Shown: positions 1 to 14,294 of the stretch, in pieces | Position numbering within the stretch: position 1 is the stretch's first letter | How the letters are laid out: every line of letters begins with the position of its first letter | Origin: the human T2T-CHM13v2.0 reference genome, Homo sapiens | Length of the DNA stretch: 64,000 nucleotides | Direction: 5' to 3' (one strand) | Assembly (NCBI RefSeq): GCF_009914755.1 | Contig: NC_060929.1 | Made by a program: the position numbers and the translations under genes | The notes under the pieces: generated by a model | Told to the model about the DNA's origin: nothing | The model's input: the letters and a program-made list of their open reading frames with translations, nothing else | Database searches by the model: none

Positions 1-959
1 GAAGAACATGCTGTGCAAGGTGGAAAAGGAACAAATAGAACCTCCCCACGCCTCCCACATGCGTGGGGCTCTGGCAGGGAAAGAGATGACTGATTGCTGT
101 CGCAGAAGCGCAGATGCAGGGAGCAACCCGACCCACACCTCCATGGCATGGCAGGCTAATTCATGTTCTTCCTCATGATTTCTTATGTTGTGCTACCTCC
201 AAGGAGTCACTGTAAACATTCGCTGTAGGATTACTCCGTTCCCCCCTTCGTTCCTGTAACACATCCAAACATGTAAAACAAGTCATTTGAAAGTTAGACT
301 GATAACATCCAGACTGGAGTAGGATACATCCAACAATTAGCTTAGTCTGGTTTTATAGGCGTGTATTCTTGTGAAACAGGTCCGACTGTGTTTACCCTTT
401 CCGCAGGGAAAATCTAGTGGAGACGCGGCTGGAGTTGAGGCATTTGCAGTTGAGGCTGGATCATGGTCCACTGTGCTGGCTGAGTCCCCCAGCCCCACTT
501 CCCCAGGTGATTTGGAAACCTTGCTGGGCATGTTTCAGCAGCAAATCAGGCAAGCCTAGTCCCATGTCTTTGGGTTGACCTGGAGACCTGACTGCTGGGA
601 ATGCCCACAGCCCTATCTCAAAGAGCGTGCTCCGCTCCCAGGCCCTACTGGCCCCTTCTTGGCTTCAGCTGAGTTGGTCAAGAGTGGATGGGCTCCCAAC
701 CCCAGAGAAACTCATGCGGCTGCCTGAGAAACACACTGACACGCAGAGGGCTGAACAGGAAGGGAAGGACTGGGCTGGTCGTCTTCCTGGTTGTGATAAC
801 TGACTGGGTTGGAGCAAAAGTTAAAGCTGCAACATGGTCAGCAGGTGAAACAGGAGTCGTGAGAGATCCAAGGCTGGTCAGATTTGTGTGAGTGGGAAGA
901 TTCAGTGAGCTAGAGAAAGCACTAAGCCAGCGCAGTGGAGGACCAGAGAGAAAACTGCT

Positions 960-1293
960 GTCTTTGTCAGCTGGGCTGCTATGGCAAAATACCACAGACT
1001 GGGTGGCTTACACAACAGGAATTTATTTCTGGAAGTCCAGGATTGAGGTTCTGGCTGATTCAGTTCCTGATGAGAGATGTCTTCCTGCCTTGTAGGTGAC
1101 TGCCCTCTTGCCCTGTCCTCATATGATGGAGAAAGAGAGAGCGCTCTGGAGTCTCTTCTTACGAAGGCACTCATTTTGTCATGGCCTCATTTAAAGCTAA
1201 TCACCTCCCCAAAGCCCCATCTCCTAATACCATCATACTGGGGGTTAGGGCTTCAACACAAGAATTGGCGGGGAGACAAACATTCAGTCCATA
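960..1293 (-). mobile_element. MaLR LTR (MLT1A/MST-like)
   Basis: gggctgctatggcaaaataccacagactgggtggctta...cattcagtccata, typical MaLR LTR read in reverse. Confidence 0.75.
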
Positions 1294-1553
1294 CCAGCAG
1301 ATACGGGAGACCTGATCTATGGCACAGGCCTCCTCTAGTTCATTCCACGATGCTTTGCACCGACGGGATACCCAGTTCAGGGTTGCCAAGGCCTGTCCGA
1401 ACCACATGTCAGGGTCTCGGGCATTAGGAAGTTCTGTCACCTCCTAATTTATTACTCCGATGACAGGAAACTCCACCCTCTAACTTTCGAGTCTTAGGAG
1501 AGTCTCTGTCCCTTGATAAGGGGGGCGGGGGGGTGGGGGTAAGGAAGAATCCA

Positions 1554-1886
1554 GGCCAGGCATGGTGGCTCACACCTATGATCCCAGCACTTTGGGAGGC
1601 TGAGGCGGGTGGATCACTTGAGATCAGGAGTTCAAGACTTAGCCTGGCCAACATGGTGAAACCCCATCTCTACCAAAAAAATACAAAAAAAAAAAAAAAA
1701 AAAAATTAGCCGGGCATGGTGGCATGTGCCTATAATCCCAGCTACTCAAGAGGCTGAGGCAGGCAAATCACTTGAACCCAGGAGGCAGAGGTTGCAGTGA
1801 GCTGAGATTATGCCACTGCACTCCACCTTGGGCGACAGAGCAACACTCCATCTCAAAAAAAAAAAAAGAAAAAAAAGAAAAGAAAA
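1554..1886 (+). mobile_element. Alu (AluS-like)
   Basis: Full dimer with A-rich linker and tail. Confidence 0.95.
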
Positions 1887-1922
1887 ACTCTCAGTTAAGT
1901 AAGTCAGTCTTCTGCCAAGTAA

Positions 1923-2078
1923 GTTTTTATTTTCTTTTTCTTTTTTTCTTCTTTAAATAATAAAGATGGGGTCTTGCTATGTTGCCCAGGCTAGTCTCAA
2001 AGGCCTGGCCTCAAATGATCCTGCCACCTCTGCCTCCCAAAGTGCTAGAATTACAGATGTGAGCCACCACACCTGGCC
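1923..2078 (-). mobile_element. FLAM / Alu left monomer
   Basis: Monomer with T-tail; TSD ccaagta(a/g)gttttta on both sides. Confidence 0.88.
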
Positions 2079-2499
2079 CCAAGTAGGTTTTTAAAATGCA
2101 GATGGTACAGGGTCCAGATGAGAACCCTAGGGCCTGTCCACTGCTCTGGTTGGAGCATTCAACCAGCTACGTCCCTCTCTGCTCCAGTGGCCCTCACCCT
2201 CACTCACCTACCAGCAGCCTATGAAAGATTGGTATTAACTATTAGATGAAATCCAGTTCTATTCAAAGTTTTTAGAGCTTTGTAAAGGGCCTACTGTGTG
2301 CAGGGTACCATGTGGGGTCCCCTGGAGGATGCGTGAATGATGGAGACACGATGCCAACCTTCCATCAGGAGAAGCACAGAAAGAATTTAGCCAAGAAGCC
2401 AGCAGGGTGGAGGGATGCCAGGAGGACCCTGAAGGCCCTGCTAAGGATTAAGGCAATTATATTTTACATTCCTCCAACCGGAGACTCTGGAAGTAGACG

Positions 2500-3095
2500 A
2501 AGTGAGCCCCTGCAGTGCATAGTGACTTTCCTCCAAAGAGCACAGCATAGGAACGGGGAGGGCAAAGAGCAACACTGCCATGGGAAGACCTGACCATCGC
2601 CGCCTGTCACATGGTCAAGGTCAAGCGTTAGTCGGGTTGACGAGGTGTGCCCTTGCTGTGATGCAATACCCGTGGAGCTTTGCCTCTGTGGTCTTCCCCA
2701 CTAAAACTCACAGCCTTCATCTCACCGTGAGAAAAAAAATCAGGCAAATTCTGATAGAGGAGCATCCTACAATATCCCTCATCAGTCCTCCTGAAAACCA
2801 CCAAGATCATCCAAAACCCCGAGTCAGAAACTGTCACAGCAAGAGGGGTCTAAAGACACATGATGACTAGATGTCACGTGAGACCCTGGATGGGATCCTG
2901 GAACAGAAAATGGATATTAGGTAAAAACGAAGGAAATCCGAATAATCTAGGGACTTTAGTTCCTAATAATACGTCGGTATTGGTTCGCTAATTATAACAA
3001 AATTACTATACTAATGTTAGGTATTAATAATAGGGGCATGGCATATGGGAACTCTGAACTATATGCTCAATATATCTGTAAATCTAAAACTATTT
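2500..3095 (+). mobile_element. Old L1 3' end (L1MC-like)
   Basis: gggatcctggaacagaaaa...ggactttagt...ctgtaaatctaaaactatt resembles the L1MC 3'UTR. Confidence 0.7.
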
Positions 3096-3911
3096 TTTTT
3101 GAAGAGCATCTTTTTTTTTTTTTTTTTTTTAACCCTGCAGCAATGAGCTTTGGGATGGACAGCCTGTGAACCAGACTCTCCCTCTCTCCAGGAAATTTGG
3201 TGAGCTATTCAGCATCTTTTTAATCTCTTTCTTGCTTAAACTAGCTGCAGTGAGAGCTCTGTTGTCTGCAACCAAGAATCTAGACTAATACCTGCATTTA
3301 GTTATTTACATACAGTGTTTAAAAAAGAGAGAGCTGCAGGAGATTTGGTGTCATTTTCCATTTTGAGCTGCGATCATTTTTAAAATGCAGGATAATGTCT
3401 GCAAAGTACCTGGGGATAGAGTCAGGACTAATGAGATAATATCTGCAAAATGCTTTGAGTTCCCTGGAGCTGCTGAGAGGCAAGGAACATGCATTATCAT
3501 CATTAGAAAAAACAAGCTTTGAAAACTTTGGCAGGAAGGCGGATATAAGTGGAAATCAGTTCAATTACTCATGCCTTTCAAAATAGACAAGTTCTATAAA
3601 AGTTAAAGTATTTTTTTTTTTTTGTAAATCAAATTCCTCTTCATTTCCTCTGTCAAACATTACTGTTCTATGATCTTTCAATTATTTTTGGTTGGACTCC
3701 CTTTGACAATGTATTGAAGCAGCTTTCGTTTCTCTGCTTCCAGATTCTCTGGCAGAATATTCTCAAACTTCAAATCTATCTCCATTTTGAGAAAATATAC
3801 AAAGCATATGCTTTCTTTTAATGTTACTTGAAATTTCAAAACAACATGGTGACCAAAACTAAACCAATACAATGATAGGAATAGAAGAAAATATTATTTT
3901 TATTTTTCAAA

Positions 3912-4200
3912 TTTTTTATTTTATTTATTTACTTACCTATTTATTTTTTGAGACAGGGTCTTGCTCTGTTGCCCAGGCTGGAAGGCAGTGGCACGATCAC
4001 GGCCACAGCCTCCCAAGTAGCTGGGGCTACAGGTGTGCCCCACCGTAATTGGCTAATGTTTTATTTATTTTTGTTTTTTGTAGGGAGGGCATCTCCCTAG
4101 GTTGTCTAGACTGGTCTCAAACTCCTGGGCTCAAGCGATTCTCCTGCCTCAGCCTCCCAAAGTGCTGGAATTTGCAGGCGTGAAGCCACCACACTCGGCC
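3912..4200 (-). mobile_element. AluJ-like with internal deletion
   Basis: gagacagggtcttgctctgttgcccaggctgg...; ~45 bp missing from the right arm. Confidence 0.9.
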
Positions 4201-4809
4201 ATCTTTAAAGATACATTTAAAAAATTTGTCAGTTTATATATGAGTAAGCTTGGAGTCTTGCATTGGCATCTTCTGAAGAAGAGGGAGAACAGAGCTCATC
4301 ATGACCCTTTCAACATCTAGCCTAACGCACTGTTTTGTTTTCAAAGTCCGTAGGAAGGAAAAATCAAATATAGACGGGTAAAAATAGAAAAATGATAAGA
4401 ATGCTTTCTCTCGTTTTAAGGAGGGAGATTTTACCTAGCAATTCTCCAAAGTTCTTGTATCAGTTAAGACTTTGTTGTGATTAACAGGGATTATCATCTC
4501 CCATTCTACTTGGGTTACCTGTGACCCAAGCTGTTTTTCTTCTAAAACCTTACAGAAGATCACAAGAATTAGCCAACACATTCTAAACATTTCCTAAAAC
4601 ATCCCCTCAAACTATCATAATGGATAAATGACCTATTTCTTAAGATATAATTGAAGACAATTTAATTAACTATTTTGCAAACATGTAATAAGAATTCCTC
4701 GTTTCAAAACTGGGCTAGAGGTATCCTCACTGTTCTCTGGGCAATTTAGCTTGTTAGTGTTTATGATTTGCAACACTTACCTCCTGGCACCAAATTCAGA
4801 TTTAGCAAA

Positions 4810-4960
4810 GATTCTTTATGTGGCAAGTAATTAGAAACCCAACTTAAACTGTCTTAGATGACAAAGGAGATTCATTGGTTCCCATTATAGAAGTCCAGAG
4901 GTGGGCAGATTTCCGGGCAGGTTGATGCAATGACTCAGTTATGTAATCTAGGAAGCCCGT
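4810..4960 (-). mobile_element. Old ERVL LTR fragment (LTR33-like)
   Basis: gtggcaagtaattagaaacccaacttaaactg...ttcattgg...aagtccagagg. Confidence 0.4.
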
Positions 4961-5001
4961 CTGTCCTTTTTCTGTTCCTTTTGTAGACACAGTTTTATCT
5001 A

Positions 5002-5430
<429 letters not shown>

Positions 5431-6136
5431 CTAGAAAATAGTCCCCCAATTCAGCCTAAGCATGCACTAGGTAAAAGTTTATTTTTCTGTGAAATTATCT
5501 TAAGAACATTGTGTTTGAAAGTTTTATGTTGAAACAAATAAATAGACCATTTTAGTAATGATTCCTGACATCTGTGACTTGATTTGAGCTCTAAATGTTT
5601 TAATAAGGCAAAGTTCATATTCAAACTTTTGAACATAGTTGTCTAATATGATAAGCTTTGCTGGAAGATCTTTTGAGGAGTTTCTTTTCTCTAGTATTCC
5701 AAACATAGGATACCTGTCTCAACCAGCAGGTAAAAATGCTTATTTTCCTTTGACAACCAATAAACTCCAGTACCCAGTGGAGCAGCACTTTCTGATTGGC
5801 ATTCAGATCTTCATCCAGAGCAAAGCAAAACATCTGGGGGTTGACACACAGTTTTTCATTTCATTGATTATCTTTAGTTGAAGTTTTCTTATCGATTTCT
5901 GGACAGAGTTTTGAAAGGTACCACTGATGGTCCATGACAGAGCACACACCAGAAATGAGTGTTTTTCCTTTGATTTTCACTCAGTATCAGCAAACCCCAG
6001 TTCATCTGGAGCACTAGCATGGCAAAACCCCATTAAGAATGTTTTTTTTTTTTTTTTTTGCTATTTAGCAAACTTGCTTAGAAGAATTTTCATGCAGTGT
6101 TAAAAATTTTCATGCAGTGTTAAAAATATCATAAGG

Positions 6137-6439
6137 GACTGGGTGCAGTGGCTCATGCCTGTAATCCTAGCACTTTGGGAGGCTGACGCAGGTGGATTAT
6201 CTGAGCTCAGGGGTTTGAGATCAGTCTGGGCAACACAGTGAAACCCCGTGTCTACCAAAATACAAAAAAAAAAAAAAAACCAAAAAACAACAACAAAAAA
6301 AACTAGCCAGGAGTGGTGGCGTGCGCCTGTAGTCCCAGCTACTTGGGAGACTGAGGCATGAGAATTGCTTGAACCGGGAGGTGAAGGTTGCAGGGATCTG
6401 AGATCGAGCCACTGCGTTCCAGCCTGGGTGACAGAGAGA

Positions 6440-6440
<1 letters not shown>
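6137..6440 (+). mobile_element. Alu lacking an A tail
   Basis: Full dimer running directly into a (TC)n tract. Confidence 0.93.
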
Positions 6441-6572
<132 letters not shown>

Positions 6573-7497
6573 AAGGTTTTATGATGATCTCCAAGGTCCC
6601 AGAAACCACAATTCTTTTCCAACAGAATCTCGAGTCATTGTGCCTAGACGAATGACCATACTCAATTTCCTTTGTTATCGTAACAGGGACAAGAGAGGTG
6701 TTATATCAATCTTTTGCAAAACTTGAAGTTTCACATCCTAAGCTAATTCAGCTAATCATTTTTCAATTGAAAAATGGGACTGGCTTAAACAGCAATCTGA
6801 AACATTCTGTCAGATTCCTCTCCAAAGAAAACTTTGGCAGCTGTCAGAATGCAAATTGTCACACAAGTTCCACTGCCATGATAGGTTAGCTTTTGTTGTT
6901 GTTAGTGTTGTTTTAATCTTGAGGATGGGAAAGGCTAATTCATACAGAATCTACAGCACCTTGTCCATTCCCAAGAGTGTGGTCTTGTTCTGTCCAATCT
7001 TCTGTGCTCCTGAAAATGCTCCTTTGCTGGAAAAACAAATGTATAAACATATAAAAATTCTTCTTAAAATATTTTGACTAAAATATTATTTAAATCAAGA
7101 ATTTCTGGCATAATTACACAACATTTTTGGAAATGTAGCATACTGAAAGAAATGCTCCATTCTTTTGCATGAATCCATACATGACAGTAAACATTGTCAA
7201 AAATTTTGATGACATCTTCAACCCTCCCCACACAAAGCTCTGTAAAAACGAACGGTTTTGGCAAAAACACTTGGTCCCACACTTGTAGAATGACAATATT
7301 GTATCGACTTGTACAGATAAAAACCAGCCCATCTTCAAGTTTGGTTGCTAGGAGCAGGAAACTCTAATATGATGCAGGAAATATATTTGCTTCCGTGGAA
7401 AATTGTGCATTTTCTTAGTAGCTAGAACTCCAGGGTATCTGATTTTAGCCTTTCGTTGTCTTTGAGCTATTTCATACCTCAGGAAGTTGTAGATAAC

Positions 7498-7988
7498 TGT
7501 GTTAGTTACTTAGGGCTATTGTAACACAGCACCACAAATTGGGTAACTTAGCACAACAGACATTGATCACTTCACAGTTCCAGACGTTACTGGAACTGAA
7601 GGCTCCAGTTCAGAGCTTACTGAGACTGCAACCGACGTCTCAGCAAGACCAAGCCCTCTCTAAAGGCTCTAGGAGAGGTTCCTTCCCGCCCTCTTCCCAG
7701 CTCCTGGCAGTTGCTGTCAATGCTTGGTGCTTCTTGGTTTGTAGACGCATCATTCTGATTTCTGCCTCCATCTTTACATTGCCTTCTCCACTGTGTGTCT
7801 GGGTCTCTGTGTCCGAGTTGCCCTCTTCTTATAAAGATATCAGCCATGTTAGACTTACGGTCTACTCTTCTCCAGTATGACCTCACTTAACATTATTATG
7901 TCTGCAAAGACCCTATTTCCAAATAAGGTCACATTCACAGGTTCTGGGTGGACATGAGTTATTGGTGGACACTATTCAACCTAGTACA
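7498..7988 (-). mobile_element. MLT1 (MaLR) solo LTR
   Basis: tgtgttagttacttagggct...ctgcaaagaccctatttccaaataaggtcacattcacag...tattcaacctagtaca; TG..CA ends. Confidence 0.85.
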
Positions 7989-8425
7989 GTAACTGATAGC
8001 AATGAGAAATAATTCTTGTTTATAGATATGCAAATTCTGTCATGTTCAGAAGAGGTTCAACTGACTTCTTGCCCAGCCACCTTGGAAAATCAGTTCTGCC
8101 TTAATTTGCACAATCATTTCCATATTCCTGATCTAGAAACACATCTGCTCTTCAGATTATCTTTAAACTGGATGGAACACCTGCCTTGTTCCTTCATTTA
8201 TGGAAGAAAATCTTTAATAAGCATTCATTTGTATATCTGTAAGGGAGTCATGATTTTTTTTGTTTTCTTTTTTTAAAATTATCTTTAACAGTGAAAAGGG
8301 GAGAAAACAGGAAGCACAAGGGAATTCCCTTCCCTCCCATGGGCCAGGGCCAGTCCTAAGCAAAGTGCTGCAGAAGGGCAAGGCTGTCCTGAGCAACCTT
8401 GACCACCTACTCAATAACTGCTCCA

Positions 8426-8724
<299 letters not shown>

Positions 8725-9227
8725 TCATCTTCTTGGGTTCTCTGCACTTCATCTCAAGTGGTGGGGGTCCTTACTTGAGGCCTGAGTCAAAGACTTTCTC
8801 CTGAATCTAACCCACCTTCCTGCATCCATATGCTCACCATCCCCAGTGGCTCCTATGCGAGCCACAGTTGGGAGATATCTGACCCCTTTTTTCCACCAAA
8901 CTCCCCCACCATGCTGCTGCTGACCCAATTTCACCACTGCTCAGTGTGATTTCTAGTAATGAATAATAATTAGACTCTGAGCCTGCTTTCCCCAGTTTCA
9001 TCCTGTGCTGCCTCTGAACTCACGTGATATCAAAACCTTTTTTTTTTCTTAAACAATTGATTCCTCTGGCATAGCAACAAACAGATAGCTAGAAAGTCAG
9101 CTCTGTAAATTGAGAAACTTTTCAGATAAATCATTATTTGTATTTTTTTATTGCTTTTTTTTTCTCATTTGCCTCTTTAGTAGGTGATTTGGCGTAAGTT
9201 TTCAAAAGCCTTTCAAAGCTATATGGA

Positions 9228-9361
9228 GCCAGGTATGGTGGCTTGCACCTGCAGTCCCAGCTACTCAGGAAGCCAAGGCAAGAGGATTGCTTGAGCCCAG
9301 GAGTTTGAGGCCAACCTGGGCAACATAATGATACCCAGTCTCTAAAACAAACAAACAAAAA
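9228..9361 (+). mobile_element. FLAM monomer
   Basis: Monomeric Alu-like sequence with (AAAC)n tail. Confidence 0.85.
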
Positions 9362-9371
9362 GTACAGGAAC

Positions 9372-9730
9372 AACAAAGGTATACAAGAAAACTTTTGGAG
9401 GTGACGGGTAGGTTTATTACCTCAGTTGTGGTAACATGAGGCTGTTTATATGGCCCAGCTCACCAAATTGTATATAGTAATTAGGTACAGTTTTTTCATA
9501 TGCCAATTATGCATCAATAAAGCTGGAAAAAACATATAAATAATTCCACTTATAGAAATAATTATAAGCATATAAAAGACAGTTGAGCCAAGATAGATAC
9601 ACACGGCGGTGCATTGCGCTTTTGTTTACAACAGTGACCACTGGAAAGAAGCCAGGGGCCCATCACCATTGGATTGTTTGAATGAATGATGGCATGTCAA
9701 TGCCATTCAGTGCTACACAGCCACGAAGAA
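9372..9730 (+). mobile_element. Old L1M 3' fragments
   Basis: aaacttttggaggtgacgg...caattatgcatcaataaagctg, then a second degraded L1-like piece. Confidence 0.55.
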
Positions 9731-9751
9731 GGCCGCAGATTTGTGTTGTTA

Positions 9752-10690
9752 GCATGTAAGTTGGCATGTGTTAGCGTGTGTGTTGGCATGTGTTAGTGCA
9801 TGTGTTAGTGCGCGTGTCGGCACGCGTTAGCGTGCGTGTCGGCGTGTTAGCGTGCGTGTTGGCATGTGTTAGCGTGCGTGTCGGCATGTTAGCGTGTGTG
9901 TCGGCATGTGTTAGTGCGTGTGTCGGCATGTTAGCATGTGTGTCGGCATGTGTTAGCGTGTGCGTTGGCATGTGTTAGTGCATGTCGGCATGTGTTAGCA
10001 TGTGTGTCGGCATGTGTTAGCATGTGTGTCGGCATGTGTTAGCATGTGTGTCGGCATGTGTTAGTGCATGTTGGCATGTGTTAGCATGTGTGTTGGCATG
10101 TGTTAGCGTGCGTGTCGGCATGTGTTAGCGCATGTGTCGGCATGTTAGCATGTGTGTCAGCATGTGTTAGCACACGTGTCGGCATGTGTTAGCACGCGTG
10201 TCAGCATGTGTTAGCGTGCGTGTCGGCATGTGTTGGTGTGCGTGTCGGCATGTGTTGGTGTGCGTGTCGGCATGTGTTGGTGTGCGTGTCAGCATGTTAG
10301 CATGTGTGTCTGCGTTAGCGTGCGTGTCGGCATGTGTTAGCACATGTGTCGGCATGTGTTAGTGTGCGTGTCGGCATGTGTTGGTGTGCGTGTCGGCATG
10401 TGTTGGTGTGCGTGTCGGCATGTGTTAGTGTGCGTGTTGGCATGTGTTAGCGTGCGTGTCGGCATGTGTTGGTGTGCGTGTCGGCATGTGTTAGCACGTG
10501 TCGGCATGTTAGTGTGCGTGTCGGCATGTGTTGGTGTGCGTGTCGGCATGTTAGCATGTGTGTCGGCATGTGTTAGCGTGCGTGTCGGCATGTGTTGGTG
10601 TGCGTGTCGGCATGTTAGCCTGTGTGTCGGCATGTGTTAGTGCATGTCGGCATGTGTTAGTGCATGTCGGCATGTGTTAGCATGTGTGTT
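9752..10690. repeat. Minisatellite/VNTR, ~22-bp unit GCATGTGTTAGCGTGCGTGTCG with 18-20 bp variants, roughly 40-45 copies
   Basis: Tandem units directly visible. Confidence 0.95.
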
Positions 10691-10953
10691 GGTTTGCTAG
10701 GGCTGCCATAACCAAGTCACAGAAACCAGGTATCTTACAACAACAGAAGTGAATGGTCTCATGATCCTAAAAGCTAGAAGTTTGAAATCAAGGCATCTGC
10801 AGGACAATGTAGGGGAGACTCCTTCCTGCCTCCTCCAGCCTCTGGTGGCTCTCAGCAATCCTTGGCATTCATTAGCTTTAAGCGGCATCACCTCAACCTC
10901 TGCCTCTATCTTCACAGGTTCACACGGCCTTCTCTCTGTGTGTCTCTCTCCTC
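10684..10953 (-). mobile_element. MLT1 LTR fragment
   Basis: tgtgttggtttgctagggctgccataac...aacaacagaa...gaaatcaagg... Confidence 0.8.
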
Positions 10954-11271
<318 letters not shown>

Positions 11272-11604
11272 TAACTTCAGGGCTGGGAAGCAGCCACTCT
11301 GGTGGGAAAGATTATACCTGCCCATAGGAGAGACTGGTAGGAGATGGAGAAACCTTCCAGAAGGGGGAGAAGTCAATGGATTTTCCAGGTGTTATAGTGG
11401 AAGAAGCTGGCAACTCCAGATCAGGCCTGTGGTTGTAGAAATCTGTAAGGTTCTGGAAATGCTTCCATGTTTGTTATTTTTATGCTCCTGTCCTGGGCCA
11501 CAAGGAAAGAAGGCAGTCAGATCGGAGGTGACTGTGTCCTACTACACAACTGGAGAAGGGCTGAGGTGTGGCTGCGGGAAGGAGGAATGTGCTGGAGGAA
11601 AAGG

Positions 11605-11693
11605 ACCCCACAGCTGCTGAGAGGCTGGACTGCTGCCCTGGGCTCGGGGTGGGGGCCCCAAGGTGATTCTCCAGTACCTTACTTTTCGACACC
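11605..11693 (+). repeat. Arm 1 of an 89-bp dispersed inverted repeat (partner 14821-14909)
   Basis: Manual ungapped alignment to the reverse complement of 14821-14909: 77/89 identical. Confidence 0.9.
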
Positions 11694-11967
11694 TGAAGCA
11701 TTGGAGGTGTGGACACGACATTGATGACCTCTCCGCCTAAGCCCTTCACCGTCTTTCTCTGCTGCCATTTTTAATCTTCCAGAATTGCACCCAGTTTTTA
11801 AGTGGCTGGTACCCTTGCCAAGCTGCCCTTGGTTTCTCCAGTTTGTCTTCTGAACTCTAGTATGACTGGAGGCTGCTTGGAGCAGGGAGGACCACCGCAC
11901 AGCCCCAGGACAGTTCAGTTAGAGAAGCAATGTGCTGTGTTCTACCAGCAACAGCAGGAATGCCAAT

Positions 11968-12556
<589 letters not shown>

Positions 12557-13162
12557 TAATGAGCACATTCTTCAATATCAGTGGCACTCTCTGGGTTAAA
12601 CGTGCAGCAATAGGTCAGAGGACACCCGGGGTGGGCATTCCCAACCAGTGATCTGGCCCTGGGGAATTTGGGGTAAACAATGATTTGAATCGTAGTTAAG
12701 CTCAAGAGCCAACAAGAAATGCCTAAACTGTGAGTAGTGCTACAGAGGATCCTGAAATCCAATGGGCTGCTTGGAATCCCCTCCCTGAGGACGCCTGGAA
12801 CTGGGAGGGAGCCTTCCTCCCTAGGAATTCCATTCTCAGTGGGAGGCCACAGGGCGTGGAGCACTAGCACTGAGGTGGTTCCCAGGGCACCTCTTACAGG
12901 ACAGGGGCTACAGGAATCAAGAGAATTTCTGGGATAGGGAGAGAGCTGGGGCAGTGGGTTTAGCTTCCTTCTGCATTTACTAAGGGCTAATTAATAATCA
13001 TAACTAATATTGAGTGCTTGCTCAGTTTCAGGCTCCACACTAGATGCTTCTCATGCGTTGCCTTTCTCTGTCTTCCATTACCACTTCGTGAGGCAGGTGT
13101 TGTATTCCTGGACAGGGATACATAACTTACCCAAGCTAAAAAGAGCTGAGTTTTTAAAAAAG

Positions 13163-13257
13163 GGCCGGGCATGGTGGCTCATGCCTATAATCCCAGCACT
13201 TTGGGAGGCCCAAGCAGGAGGACTCTGTACAAAAAACAAAAAAACAAACAAACAAAC
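13163..13257 (+). mobile_element. Internally deleted Alu/FLAM fragment
   Basis: ggccgggcatggtggctcatgcctataatcccagcactttgggaggcc, then an A-rich tail. Confidence 0.8.
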
Positions 13258-13259
13258 TT

Positions 13260-13780
13260 ATTGAAGGGTTGCAAACATTCAGAAAAATCTTAAGTATATA
13301 GATTGATGAAATTATGTTAAAGTGAACCCATTGGGACAACAGATAGGACATTCCCAGTGCCCCCAAAACCTCCCTTGTCCACTTCCCAATCACTACCCCT
13401 TCTTCCTCCCAAAAGGTAGACACTATCCTGATTTCCAGCACTAGCCATTAGTTTAGCCTGATTTCTAAGCTTCTGTCAATGGAATCATACAGCATGTGCT
13501 CTTCTGTGTTTGGTTTCTTTTGGTCAACGCTAAGCGGGCGACATTCCTTTATGCTGTTGTGTGCAGCTCACCCGTTCTCACTGCTGTGCGGTGCTGCACT
13601 GATGATTGTGCCGCAACTACTCTATCCAATCTACTGTTGGGGAGCATTTGTTTCCTCTCTTTCTTTTTTGCCACGGTGAAAAAAGTTTCCGTGAACATTC
13701 CCGTTCACGTCTTTGTTTGGCCACATGTACACATTTCTGCTGGGTACGTGCCCAGGAGTGGAATGACTGAGTCACAGGGT
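13260..13780 (-). mobile_element. L1ME-like 3' fragment
   Basis: actatcctgatttc...atggaatcatacagcatgtgctcttctgtgtttgg...cccaggagtggaat. Confidence 0.7.
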
Positions 13781-14294
13781 TGGTGCCAGGTGGGGTTTTG
13801 AGCCTAGACATGCCTGCTCTAAACTCAAGAGCGGTGCCATGCCATAGATCACTGTGTGGATGTGGAGGCCTACAGAGGAGACACCTGAGGTGGCAGTGGG
13901 AATGGAGGGGGAGGGATGAGAAGCAGGAGCTGCAGAGGGAGGCCTCCTGGGCAGATGGCAGTGCTGTGTTAGTCAGGCTTGGGGGAGTCTCTAGGTGCCT
14001 GTGTGACCCCCAGGAGGCACTATCCAGGGTGCCGTCTGGCTATGCCTCTTTAAGCTTGATGGGAACCCTGGGTGTGAGGGGGCCAGCCAGGGCTGAAGGT
14101 AAGGTGCCTGGGGAGGGAGGGGACAGAGACAAGCCTTGTGCCTTGGGCCCTCAACCCTCGCCACTGGAAAGTGATGTTGCCTGCTCAGACCAAGTGGGGT
14201 GGGACTGAGAGAAAGTGGTGACTGTTTATAAAGCAAGGCCAAGTGCAAGAACTGCTGAGTGACTGGGAACTTCCTGTGTGCAGACCACACCTGC

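Noticed and set aside
8320-8329. Isolated perfect kB palindrome GGGAATTCCC (also GGGAAATCCC at 40609)
   Set aside because: The total number of kB matches in the window is within chance expectation; no supporting context.
9771-10640. Repetitive ORFs (MPTHTLTHADTHAN / CVSACV) and a CRISPR-like look
   Set aside because: Translation of a head-to-tail minisatellite; no unique spacers, no cas genes, eukaryotic context.
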